Source of the DNA: an uncultured Nitrospinaceae bacterium
Lineage (GTDB): Bacteria > UBA8248
DNA length: 27,045 nucleotides
Assembly: GCA_964005815.1 (NCBI GenBank)
Contig: CAXFSR010000007.1
Span: forward strand, 1 to 27,045
Reading direction: 5' to 3'
Each line of letters begins with the position of its first letter. Within the stretch, counting starts at the first letter, position 1. The translations under genes were made by a program, and so were the position numbers. Shown here one piece after another: positions 1 through 9,305 of the stretch. The notes below the pieces were generated by a model. It was given only the letters and a program-made list of their open reading frames with translations, made no database searches and was not told the DNA's origin.

Positions 1-18
1 ATCCCCTCACTCACCCCA
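1..18 (+). tRNA. 3' fragment of a tRNA, probably tRNA-His (truncated by window edge)
   Basis: ATCCCCT-CACTCAC-C-CCA parses as end of T-loop, T-stem 3' strand (CCCCT), acceptor 3' strand (CACTCAC), C discriminator and encoded CCA. C73 is typical of bacterial tRNA-His. It lies 24 nt upstream of a complete tRNA. The anticodon is outside the window. Confidence 0.6.
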
Positions 19-42
19 AATAATAATGTTTTAATTTGATAT

Positions 43-119
43 GCGCCCGTAGCTCAATTGGATAGAGCGTCGGACTTCGGATCCGAAGGTTGTAGGTTCG
101 ACTCCTACCGGGCGTACCA
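43..119 (+). tRNA. tRNA-Arg (anticodon UCG)
   Basis: Cloverleaf: acceptor GCGCCCG/CGGGCGT, D-arm GCTC..GAGC, anticodon arm TCGGA-CTTCGGA-TCCGA (anticodon TCG), T-arm GTAGG-TTCGACT-CCTAC, terminal A-CCA. Confidence 0.96.
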
Positions 120-217
120 TTAAACTTGAAAAAGGTTTAATATTGTGAATCTAATTCAATAGTTTTGTTATTTTTGATTCCTATTTAATTCTTTAGAATT
201 GTAATGGAGGATAGCGA

Positions 218-1198
218 ATGAACTTTTTTAAATTTTCTTGTTTTTTTGTTGTAGTTTCCTTAATTTTTCTGATAAGTCCAATCAAATCCGATTCTGCAAA
301 TAAGTTTCCATCTAAACCTATAAAAGTTATTGTCGCACTTGGGGCAGGAGGTTCTTCAGACTTAAATGCCAGAGCTATAGCTAGTGTAGCCTATACCTAC
401 TTGGGTCAACCAATGATAGTACAGTTGATGCCCGGTGGAGGCGGAAAGATTGGAATGAACGCATTACTCAGATCTAAAAAAGATGGACATACACTTATGC
501 TTGCTTCTGTAAATCACTTAACAGTTGCACCTCATGTACGTAAGATGGGATATAATCCCTTGAAAGATTTTGAATTTATATTTCTGTTTACAAAAGCTGA
601 TTATATGATGGCGGCATTATCTTCACAGCCTTGGAAGGGATTTGGTCAATTTGTTTCTTTTGCAAAAAAGAATCCAGAAAAGATTTCCTATGGTTCATCT
701 GGGATTTATGGAATGGGACATTTAATGATCCTGAAAATAATGGCAGATAAGGGAATTAAGCTAAAACACGTTCCATTCAAGGGTGGTGGTCCTGCATATA
801 GAGCTGGATTAGGAGGTCATATAGATACATTTGGAGCTCTTCCTGCTACAGGTGGAACCGTTGGGCGTTATAAAAGAGGACAAATTCAAATACTTGGAGT
901 AGCTGCTAAAAAAAGAAATAAATTGTTTCCGAAGGTTCCTACTTTTAGGGAAAATAACGTAGATTTTGTAATAGCATCCAAGCGTATGATGATTGCTCCA
1001 AAAGGAGTTCCTAAAGAAAATATTAATTTCTTAGTTACCGCATTTAAAAAGTTAGTGAAAGACAAAACATATATAAAATTACTGAAAAAGATGGGAGAAA
1101 AACCTACCCCTCTTTGGGGAGATTCTCTTGTGAAGAGTGTGGGAGAAGATTATTCTGCATACGGCAAAATCTTTGAGACCATTGGAGCAAAAAAATAA
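218..1198 (+). CDS. Tripartite tricarboxylate transporter substrate-binding protein (Bug/TctC family)
   Basis: Signal peptide then FPSKPIKVIVALGAGGSSD, PGGGG, DGHTL, YGSSG, HVPFKGGGPA and VPTFRE motifs. GGAGG SD upstream. Confidence 0.93.
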   Translation: MNFFKFSCFFVVVSLIFLISPIKSDSANKFPSKPIKVIVALGAGGSSDLNARAIASVAYTYLGQPMIVQLMPGGGGKIGMNALLRSKKDGHTLMLASVNHLTVAPHVRKMGYNPLKDFEFIFLFTKADYMMAALSSQPWKGFGQFVSFAKKNPEKISYGSSGIYGMGHLMILKIMADKGIKLKHVPFKGGGPAYRAGLGGHIDTFGALPATGGTVGRYKRGQIQILGVAAKKRNKLFPKVPTFRENNVDFVIASKRMMIAPKGVPKENINFLVTAFKKLVKDKTYIKLLKKMGEKPTPLWGDSLVKSVGEDYSAYGKIFETIGAKK

Positions 1199-1234
1199 CA
1201 ATATTACCTAAGAACTAATTTTATAATTTTCAAG

Positions 1235-1270
1235 AGAAAACTCTCCTTGAAAAAGGAGGGTTTTCTTTTT
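1235..1270. terminator. Bidirectional rho-independent terminator
   Basis: AGAAAACTCTCCTT-GAAA-AAGGAGGGTTTTCT 14-bp stem (one G-U) followed by T-run, between convergent genes. Confidence 0.85.
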
Positions 1271-2709
1271 TATATTTTGGGGGGAGGTGTACCCGCAAAG
1301 GTTTTTTTCTTAAGGATAGCTTCTTTTCCTCCAAGTCGAGCAATAAGTGCAGCTTGGTCCAATTTTGCTTTTTTATCAGTTTCTTCAGGGTTGAGTATAT
1401 CATTAAGAAGTGTGTCGAATTTTTTTACTAATTCACTATATTCTTTTTCGTTAGCTAAATTTTCTTCTTCTTCAGGGTCTAATTCTAAATCAAATAATTC
1501 AGGAGAATATCCAAGATAAGAAATATATTTATATTTACCCATTCTAAGCATATAAACAGCGCTTGGAGAACCTGCTCCGTGATATTCACTAAAAACTTTT
1601 CGTTCATTATCATCTGGTTCATTAGCAATCATTTGCAAAGAACGTCCGGGAAGACTTTTCTCTTTTTCTAATAGTGGTTCTCCAACACATTCAAGAATTG
1701 TCGGATAGATATCGATCAAGGAAACTGGAGTTGAACAAGTTTTACCTATTGGAATTTCAGGACCAGAAATTATCATCGGAATAGCGGCCGCTTCTTCGTA
1801 CATTGTCATTTTGCCCCAAAGACCACGTTTTCCAAGGTTTTCGCCGTGATCGCTCATATAAATAATTTGAGTGTTTTGCGTTAATTGAGACTTATTTAGA
1901 GAGGTTAGTATTTTCCCGACATTTGCATCCATGAAAGAGCACATCCCGAAATAAGCAGCAATTCCCATTCTTCGCTTTTCCTCATTCATATAATCATCAT
2001 AAGGCCAACCTTTTCGAATTTCGCGTATCCAAGGATGATGTTTAGGATCATTCACACTCATTGATTTTGGGAGAGGTACGTCATGCAGTGGATACATTTC
2101 GTAGTACTCTGGTGGAGCTATGAGTGGATAATGAGGTGAAATGAAAGATATAAAGAGTACCCAAGGAGTACTATTTGAAGACGAATCTACAGACTCGATC
2201 CATTCACATGCTTTTTCAGAAATTTCTGTATCATAACGTAGATAATCTGAATTGCCAGGACCTAATTCTTTAGCTAGTCGTTCGCAAGAAGTATTCGGAA
2301 TGTTTTCAGAACGGAGTGCTCCATGTATTGATCCGACACCGTCAGTAACATGCATTGGAATAATTTGTTCATCAAAACCTGTTGGATCAGTTGTATTCCG
2401 GTAATGTAGTTTGCCAATAGAAACTACATTATGCCCGGTTTCTTGAAGACGGTGTCCCCAACTTGGAATTTTTCCATCATAAGGGTGTGCTCCATCCCAA
2501 TATCCAATCTCATGAACGTATTTACCTGTAGCTAGCGTAGCACGAGCAGGAACGCAGAGAGGACAATTAGTATACGCATTCGTAAATCTTGTTCCGTTCG
2601 CTGAAAGTCGATCTAGATTAGGCGTTTTCACCATCGGATGTCCATAACAACCAAGAACATTTACGTTATGTTCATCGGCCATAATGAATACAAGATTTTT
2701 AGGTTTCAT
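1270..2709 (-). CDS. Cys-type formylglycine-dependent sulfatase (choline-sulfatase-like)
   Basis: N-terminal IMADEH, TPNLD, CVPAR (CxPxR) signature, GKLH, PHYP, SDHGE, GKMTMYE, ELFDLELDPEE. Confidence 0.92.
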   Translation of the reverse strand: MKPKNLVFIMADEHNVNVLGCYGHPMVKTPNLDRLSANGTRFTNAYTNCPLCVPARATLATGKYVHEIGYWDGAHPYDGKIPSWGHRLQETGHNVVSIGKLHYRNTTDPTGFDEQIIPMHVTDGVGSIHGALRSENIPNTSCERLAKELGPGNSDYLRYDTEISEKACEWIESVDSSSNSTPWVLFISFISPHYPLIAPPEYYEMYPLHDVPLPKSMSVNDPKHHPWIREIRKGWPYDDYMNEEKRRMGIAAYFGMCSFMDANVGKILTSLNKSQLTQNTQIIYMSDHGENLGKRGLWGKMTMYEEAAAIPMIISGPEIPIGKTCSTPVSLIDIYPTILECVGEPLLEKEKSLPGRSLQMIANEPDDNERKVFSEYHGAGSPSAVYMLRMGKYKYISYLGYSPELFDLELDPEEEENLANEKEYSELVKKFDTLLNDILNPEETDKKAKLDQAALIARLGGKEAILKKKTFAGTPPPKI

Positions 2710-2759
2710 ATAAAAATACTCCTATATATTTTTTCACTAAATTATATATGGGAAGATTC

Positions 2760-3851
2760 CTAATTTGTATCTTTACAAAATGATTTAAGAGCATCCTTCG
2801 TGAAGGTAACGCCATGTCCTGGGTTTTCAGAAACTTCTATATGCCCGTCATGCACTACAAAATCATGGGTCAGAGAATCTGCGGGCAGTAAATCCGCGTA
2901 TTCGACCATGCAACCTGCAGGTGTAGCACCTATTAAACAAACAGAGACTTCTTCTAAAAGATGACTACATAAATCTAAATTAAATGCCTCAGCAAGGTGC
3001 GCAATTTTTCTGAATTCAGTTATTCCGCCGCAACGCCCAACATCTGGTTGTAAGTATGCAGCTGCTTTTCGCTCACAAATTTCTCTAAATCCCCAGCGCA
3101 TATATGAATTCTCTCCGGCTGCAACGGGCACGGCACTTTTTGTAGAAAATTCAGCTAAATCATCTATAGAATCAGCAAGAACAGGTTCTTCAAACCATTT
3201 CACATCATAGTTCGCAAGCATTGATGAAACTTCAATAGCATCTTTTATATTGTATTTTTGATTAGAATCTACTAGAAGGGTAATTTCGTTTCCTATTTCT
3301 TTACGTAATAGAGCAATTCTTTCTTCGTCTCTTGAAGTTCCAATCTTAATTTTATATGCAGTAATGCCTTTTTTCATAAAATTCTGACATTCTTCCACTA
3401 AATCATTGTCGCTGAAGGTAAACCAACCACCACTTCCGTATACAGGGACTTTTTTTCTAAATCCTCCTAAAATTGTATGTAGTGGCATAGAAACTGATTT
3501 TGAAAATGCATCCCAGCACGCTGTATCTAATGCAGAAATAGACATTACTCCTAAACCACCCCTCATTCTAGCTTTATTTGGACTCCACAGAGTATTCCAA
3601 ATTCTTTCCGGACTTGAGACATCATGGCCTATTACTAAAGGTGCTAATTCATTTTGGATGTATGGCGCCATAGCTTTACTTCCATTGCCACCTAAACCCA
3701 TAGTATATCCAAAACCAGAGATGCCTTCTTCAGTCTTGAGTTCAACTATAAGATAATCCAGAGTTGATTTATTACCTCCTGCGCTACCAATTTCTCTTTT
3801 TAAGGGGACTTTTGCAGATTTAGCTATAATAGAATGTATTTTTAATGTCAT
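2760..3851 (-). CDS. Mandelate racemase/muconate lactonizing enzyme family protein (enolase superfamily)
   Basis: SALDTACWD, YKIKIG (KxK), metal ligands in VDSN, FEEP, AGEN, then QPDV and CSH. Start placed at ATG 3851 (AAAGGT upstream) rather than the track's TTG 3875. Confidence 0.9.
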   Translation of the reverse strand: MTLKIHSIIAKSAKVPLKREIGSAGGNKSTLDYLIVELKTEEGISGFGYTMGLGGNGSKAMAPYIQNELAPLVIGHDVSSPERIWNTLWSPNKARMRGGLGVMSISALDTACWDAFSKSVSMPLHTILGGFRKKVPVYGSGGWFTFSDNDLVEECQNFMKKGITAYKIKIGTSRDEERIALLRKEIGNEITLLVDSNQKYNIKDAIEVSSMLANYDVKWFEEPVLADSIDDLAEFSTKSAVPVAAGENSYMRWGFREICERKAAAYLQPDVGRCGGITEFRKIAHLAEAFNLDLCSHLLEEVSVCLIGATPAGCMVEYADLLPADSLTHDFVVHDGHIEVSENPGHGVTFTKDALKSFCKDTN

Positions 3852-3886
3852 TAAAATACCTTTAATAGATATCAAAAAATGAAAAG

Positions 3887-3915
3887 TTGACGAAAAAGCA
3901 TGATGTAAATAGAAT
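3887..3915 (+). promoter_or_regulatory. Sigma70-type promoter candidate for the 4001 hydrolase
   Basis: TTGACG-17 nt-TAGAAT in the divergent intergenic region. Confidence 0.6.
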
Positions 3916-4000
3916 GTAATTAACCAATTATAACAATCATTAAAAATTAGGTCTACTTCGTAGAGAGTGTTCGACTTTTACTTTCATAAAAGGAAATCAT

Positions 4001-4891
4001 ATGAGGAAAGATGTAACTTATTACAGCGATGAGCTGAAAATTTCCGCACATTTATACACTCCGCCTGAATGGAAAGAAGGTTCTCCTCCTCTTCCCGCTG
4101 TTATATGTCTTTCAGGTTATAGTGGCAGAAAAAACATTGCGACAATTGATATGCCACAAAGATTAGCACGAGAAGGATTTATAACACTTGCACCTGATTA
4201 CAGAGGTTACGGAGATAGTGAGGGGGTTCGAGGAAGACATCGTCCTTTGGAGCAAGCTCAGGATACACATGATGCAGTTACTTTCTTAGAAACTCTAGAG
4301 GAAGTGGATTCTGAACGAATCGGTGTTTACGGTTCAAGTTTTGGAGGAGCAAATGCCGTTTGGGCTGCTGCGTTTGATGAAAGAATTAAGGTAGTTGTTT
4401 CGGCAGTTGGTGTCCATGATGGAGAAAGATGGCTTAAATCATTACGTAGCCCATATGACTGGTTTAAATTTCAGGATTATGTCCGGGAACAAGCACGAAA
4501 ACGCGTTGTTTCTGGAGAAAAAATAATGATAGACAGAGATGATATTTATCCGCAAGATCCTGATCTTAGTAAACCAAAAATGAGTAAAGAAGAGCATGGT
4601 TCAGAAGAAGTAAAAGAACTTGATCTTCAAAGTGTAGAAGCATGTTTCCGCTATAAAGCTGATTGGGTAGTCGATAGGATTTCTCCAAGGCCTGCACTTT
4701 TTATTTGTGCGGAACTAGATACTATGTCTCCTCCGGAAGAGACAATAGCAACCTACGAAAAATGTTTAGAACCTAAGAAATTAGTTTTTTTGCCAAAGGC
4801 AAGACATAATCATATATATGAATTTTCTAATTCTGAACATTTTCAAACTGCTGCCGAAGAGACTACCGAATGGTACCGAAAATTTCTGTAA
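4001..4891 (+). CDS. Alpha/beta hydrolase
   Basis: DYRGYGDSEG, nucleophile elbow GSSFGG, putative Asp (ELD) and His (ARH). AGGA SD. Confidence 0.88.
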   Translation: MRKDVTYYSDELKISAHLYTPPEWKEGSPPLPAVICLSGYSGRKNIATIDMPQRLAREGFITLAPDYRGYGDSEGVRGRHRPLEQAQDTHDAVTFLETLEEVDSERIGVYGSSFGGANAVWAAAFDERIKVVVSAVGVHDGERWLKSLRSPYDWFKFQDYVREQARKRVVSGEKIMIDRDDIYPQDPDLSKPKMSKEEHGSEEVKELDLQSVEACFRYKADWVVDRISPRPALFICAELDTMSPPEETIATYEKCLEPKKLVFLPKARHNHIYEFSNSEHFQTAAEETTEWYRKFL

Positions 4892-4898
4892 GTTATTT

Positions 4899-6476
4899 TT
4901 AGTTAACTAACCATAGTGTTAGAAGACCCATAGCTATGATTGAAATTATGGTGTAAGGAGCTACCTTTCGAAAAACTACACCCTCATTACCTCCAAGACC
5001 AGCTGTAGAACATCCTACTAAAACTTTAGCTGGGGCGATCATACTTCCTAATGAACCACCAGCACTTTGTGATGCGCCAATAATAACTTCACTTTTTGCA
5101 ATTAATGTAGCAGCCTTAACCTGGAAAGAACCAAAAAGTATATTAGAATTAGTATTACTGCCAGTAATAAAGCATCCTAATAGTCCGACCATTGGAGCAA
5201 AAAATGGATAAAAGTTTCCAGAGACAGACGTAGCTCCTTCTGCAAGAACTTGAAGCATTCCTCCTGTCATCATCACAGAAGCCATCGCAACCATAGTTAC
5301 AATACCAATAGTAGTTGGATAAGCAGATTTATAGGTACGTGTAAAGACACTTGAATTTTCTGGCCATCTACCAGAAAATTTATAAATAAACCAACCGACA
5401 ATAGTTGTAAGGATTAGCATACCCCCTGCATGAGTTAGAATCTTTAGTTTCCAAGGTTTAGCCTCAGTGACAATTCCATATGCGGTAGTCATCTTCGGAA
5501 ATTCAATCTGGAATGCAACCTTACCTAAAAAATCATGAATAAAAGGAACGAATTCAACTGAAGCGACTACAAGAATCAGAATATAATAAGGTGAAAAAGC
5601 CAAATTAAATCCCATTTCTTTTTTTTCTACTAATGGCGATGGGTCGATTTTAATTTTCATAGATGAACTTTCATCTTTCCTGTAAAATTTAGTTATCCAA
5701 AAGCCCACTCCAAGACAAAACATACCTGCACCAAATGTCGCGACAACAGTTAAATCGATCCAAGCCAAAATAAAGTGAACTAAAGAAGTTGAAATTCCTA
5801 GACCTAGTACAATTCCAGGATATTTTCTAATCGAATACCAACCATCATGCATGTGTGCGACTGAAAGCGCGGCTATTACTCCAGCTATAGATAGAAAAAA
5901 TCCAATATAAACCGACAATTCGTGAGGCGGAAGATCTGTAACCGATAGGAGAGCTTGATAACTGCTTGCTATATCTCCTAGACTTACAGACCATGCGTGT
6001 CCAACTAGTGCTGCTGCAACAGCCTGAACAGGAGAAAATCCTATTCCAGCTAAAAGAGGTGCGACAACAGCGACAGGTACTCCAAAGCCTGCTACTCCTT
6101 GCAGAAATGTCGAAAATCCAAAACCTAAGATCATCAGTTGCAGAACCTTATTTGACGTCATCTTTGAAACGCTATTGCCGATATTTTTGATCCCTCCTGC
6201 CTCATCAGCGACGTGGTAAAGTAAAAGTGCTGGGATAATAATGTATAGAACTTTTACACTCAGTAGGAATCCTCTGAATAGAGATACGAGTAGAACTTCA
6301 AAATTTACACCAAATTGGAAAAAAGCAATTAATACAGAACAAAGGAGTCCTGCAGGGCCAGCTTTTTTGCCTCCCCATCCTAAACCAAGCATTAGAAATG
6401 TAATTACAACTATAGGAGAAAGCGACAAAAACCAGTTATAAAAATTCGTTTGTAGTGTAAGGTCTACAGGATTCAA
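4899..6476 (-). CDS. L-lactate permease family transporter
   Basis: Highly hydrophobic, with FLQGVAGFGVPVAV, GCFITGSNTNSNILF and AGGSLGSMIAP motifs of the LctP family. Confidence 0.9.
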   Translation of the reverse strand: MNPVDLTLQTNFYNWFLSLSPIVVITFLMLGLGWGGKKAGPAGLLCSVLIAFFQFGVNFEVLLVSLFRGFLLSVKVLYIIIPALLLYHVADEAGGIKNIGNSVSKMTSNKVLQLMILGFGFSTFLQGVAGFGVPVAVVAPLLAGIGFSPVQAVAAALVGHAWSVSLGDIASSYQALLSVTDLPPHELSVYIGFFLSIAGVIAALSVAHMHDGWYSIRKYPGIVLGLGISTSLVHFILAWIDLTVVATFGAGMFCLGVGFWITKFYRKDESSSMKIKIDPSPLVEKKEMGFNLAFSPYYILILVVASVEFVPFIHDFLGKVAFQIEFPKMTTAYGIVTEAKPWKLKILTHAGGMLILTTIVGWFIYKFSGRWPENSSVFTRTYKSAYPTTIGIVTMVAMASVMMTGGMLQVLAEGATSVSGNFYPFFAPMVGLLGCFITGSNTNSNILFGSFQVKAATLIAKSEVIIGASQSAGGSLGSMIAPAKVLVGCSTAGLGGNEGVVFRKVAPYTIISIIAMGLLTLWLVN

Positions 6477-6511
6477 ACCAAAACTCCAGATAAAAGATTA
6501 ATAATTTTTCA

Positions 6512-7411
6512 TTATGTTACAGAAGTGACGAAAATTCCTCCAGCAACAATCAAAATTGCTGCAAAAAAGGTTTTTAAGGTAACTTTTTCTTGTTTCTTTA
6601 AGAAAACAATACTAAGGATCACAACCCACAGAGGCGTGATTCTACTTAATGGTAAAACTATGGTTAGATCTCCTAAAGAGAACGCACTCCATAAAAATCC
6701 AGAAGCAGCGAGATTAAAAAGAGCTGCAATGGTAAAAAGCTTAAAACTTCTTTTATCTAAAATTATTTTTCCTCCGTCCTCCATGAATCTTTTGTAAAAA
6801 AACATGGTTGCGAGACCGACCCAAAAAGAGATCCCTATACCAATAAAAGGAACTTTTCTATAGGAAAACGCTATCTTTACAAAAACTGGAGAAAGGCCAT
6901 AACTAATTGAAGAAATAAGTGGATATATACACCCACTGTCTAGCCATCCTTTAAAACCACTAGAATCTTCTTTTTGAGGAAGTGAAAGTAAAAATACTCC
7001 CACAATTATGAGAGTAGTTCCAACCAAAACAATGTTTTTTGGTTGTTCCCCCAAAATAAAAATCGCAAGTAATACAGCCCAAATAGGTGATGCTGAGTGA
7101 ATAGGAGTAGCTCTACTAACTCCAATTCTCTGTATCCCTATGAAATGCGTTATAGTTCCAAGACCTGCTCCGAAGAACCCGCTGAGTACAAACCATAAAA
7201 TTTGATTTATAGAAACTACTGAAAAAGAACCTAGGTACCATGCAATTACAAATCCGCCAGTGCCAACTATAACATCGATGAAAAGGATTGCAGCAGTAGA
7301 ACTTCCACTTTCCATTCCTTTTCTTAGTAGAATTAATGTACCTGTATAGCTGAAGGAAGAAGCTATCGCAAAAATTACACTTAAACCAAGAGTAAAATCA
7401 GAATTCTCCAT
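6512..7411 (-). CDS. DMT/EamA family transporter
   Basis: About 10 TM segments in two repeats, GVSRATPI..SPIW..LLAIFILGE. Confidence 0.88.
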   Translation of the reverse strand: MENSDFTLGLSVIFAIASSFSYTGTLILLRKGMESGSSTAAILFIDVIVGTGGFVIAWYLGSFSVVSINQILWFVLSGFFGAGLGTITHFIGIQRIGVSRATPIHSASPIWAVLLAIFILGEQPKNIVLVGTTLIIVGVFLLSLPQKEDSSGFKGWLDSGCIYPLISSISYGLSPVFVKIAFSYRKVPFIGIGISFWVGLATMFFYKRFMEDGGKIILDKRSFKLFTIAALFNLAASGFLWSAFSLGDLTIVLPLSRITPLWVVILSIVFLKKQEKVTLKTFFAAILIVAGGIFVTSVT

Positions 7412-7658
7412 TTATCTTGAAATTCCTAATTTTATAATTTTTGCCCTAAAAAGAGAGATGTGTTTGTAAGGGCAATAAAAACAAATATTTGTGAAAGTTT
7501 TAAAAGTCAATTTTAAACATTTAATCTGATATAATTGCGATTTTAGCTTAAAATTGTTATATTTGGGTAGTAAACCATAACATTTTACTGTAAACATTTA
7601 TCTCTTTTCTTCAGTTTGTTGAAAGATTTTTGTTTTTTTTTTTTAGTTTGAGGTTTTT

Positions 7659-9113
7659 TTGGTTAGGTCTATAGATTCTTATAAAGATTTTTCTATTTCC
7701 AAAGATTATGATTTGTCGAAAAAAAGTTTAGAGAAATTGTCGGAGACATACAAAACTGACGTTTTAGTTCCTACTCAAAATGGAGGGGAGGCTTTCAAAG
7801 TCTTTACGAATCGACAGATAGATAAGATTCCTCAAATTCAATCTTTGTCTAGAGATATTCGTTTTGCAATGAAGGTTGTATCTTCAGTTCTTCCTTTCAG
7901 AGTGAACGAATATGTGATTAACAATCTCATTGATTGGAGTAAAGTACCCGATGATCCTATTTTTCAGCTGACTTTTCCTCAAATTGGAATGCTATCGTCC
8001 GAACATTTTGATGAGATTGCAACGCTGATATCCAAGGAATCACCTGCTCCCGTTCTAAATGAGGCCATTAAAAAAGTTCGTGGCGATTTGAACCCTCACC
8101 CTGCAGGTCAAATGGAACTAAATGTTCCAGCCCTTGATGGAGAAATTTTGCAGGGAATGCAACATAAGTATAAGGAAACGGTTTTATTTTTTCCAAGTCA
8201 AGGTCAAACGTGCCATTCCTATTGCACATTTTGTTTCCGATGGGCACAGTTTGTTGGTGACAAAGAGTTAAAGTTTGCTTCTCATGAAGCTAAAAATCTA
8301 CATGAATATTTGTCTCAGAATACCGGTGTTACCGATTTGTTAATCACTGGTGGTGATCCGATGGTTATGAAAACCAAGAATCTTGAAGAATATCTTCAAC
8401 CGTTGGCTGAGGATCCTCGTTTAGAACATGTTCAAACTATTAGAATAGGAACAAAGTCTTTGACTTTCTGGCCGCAACGTTTTGTTAGTGACAAGGATTC
8501 TGATGATTTGATTCGTCTTTTAGAACGTTTAGTAAAATCAGGAAAACATGTCGCCCTTATGGCTCACTACAATCACTGGCATGAAATGCAAACAGAAATC
8601 GCCCGAAAAGCGATAAATCGAGTTCAGGAGACTGGAACAATTATTCGAAGTCAAGGACCTGTTCTAGCTCATATAAACGATCATGAAGATATTTGGGCAC
8701 AAACTTGGACTACTCAGGTAAAGCTTGGAATTATTCCTTATTACATGTTTGTTGAAAGAGATACTGGTGCTCGATGTTATTTTGAAATTCCTCTTGTAAA
8801 AGCTTACGAGATATATAGAAAAGCATTGATGCAGGTTTCTGGATTAGGAAGAACTGTTCGTGGGCCAAGTATGAGTAGTGAACCAGGAAAGATCGAAGTT
8901 CAAGGTGTTTCTAATATTAATGGGGAAAAAGTTTTTGTGTTGAGATTCATTCAGGGAAGAAATCCTGATTGGGTCCAAAAACCTTTCTTCGCTAAGTATG
9001 ATGAAAATGCGAAGTGGTTAAATGATTTAACTCCTGCCTTTGGTGAACAAAAATTCTTTTTTGAAGATGAGTTCAGCGCTATGAAAGAATCCATTAGTTT
9101 AAAAACAGTGTAA
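7659..9113 (+). CDS. KamA-family radical SAM aminomutase (lysine 2,3-aminomutase-like)
   Basis: CHSYCTFC (CxxxCxxC), HKY, LITGGDPM, IRIGTK, IPYYMF, and C-terminal EPGK as candidate PLP lysine. TTG start with GAGG SD; the exact start is uncertain. Confidence 0.88.
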   Translation: MVRSIDSYKDFSISKDYDLSKKSLEKLSETYKTDVLVPTQNGGEAFKVFTNRQIDKIPQIQSLSRDIRFAMKVVSSVLPFRVNEYVINNLIDWSKVPDDPIFQLTFPQIGMLSSEHFDEIATLISKESPAPVLNEAIKKVRGDLNPHPAGQMELNVPALDGEILQGMQHKYKETVLFFPSQGQTCHSYCTFCFRWAQFVGDKELKFASHEAKNLHEYLSQNTGVTDLLITGGDPMVMKTKNLEEYLQPLAEDPRLEHVQTIRIGTKSLTFWPQRFVSDKDSDDLIRLLERLVKSGKHVALMAHYNHWHEMQTEIARKAINRVQETGTIIRSQGPVLAHINDHEDIWAQTWTTQVKLGIIPYYMFVERDTGARCYFEIPLVKAYEIYRKALMQVSGLGRTVRGPSMSSEPGKIEVQGVSNINGEKVFVLRFIQGRNPDWVQKPFFAKYDENAKWLNDLTPAFGEQKFFFEDEFSAMKESISLKTV

Positions 9114-9139
9114 ATCCAACTTTTTATATCCAAGAATCT

Positions 9140-9216
9140 GGGCAGCTAGCTCAACCAGGCAGAGCAACGGACTCTTAATCCGTAGGTTGTGGGTTCGATT
9201 CCCACGCTGCCCACCA
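9140..9216 (+). tRNA. tRNA-Lys (anticodon CUU)
   Basis: Acceptor GGGCAGC/GCTGCCC, D-arm GCTC..GAGC, anticodon arm ACGGA-CTCTTAA-TCCGT, T-arm GTGGG-TTCGATT-CCCAC, A-CCA end. Confidence 0.96.
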
Positions 9217-9305
9217 ATTTAAAAAAATTTCCAAAACTATTTTTTGGTATTTAATTTAATTAAGAATTTCATAAAAGTCAGCGGCTAATATACTTGTTGT
9301 CGGTC

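Noticed and set aside
7412..7597. 61-aa ORF upstream of the DMT gene
   Set aside because: AT-rich divergent promoter region with no SD or recognisable protein features.
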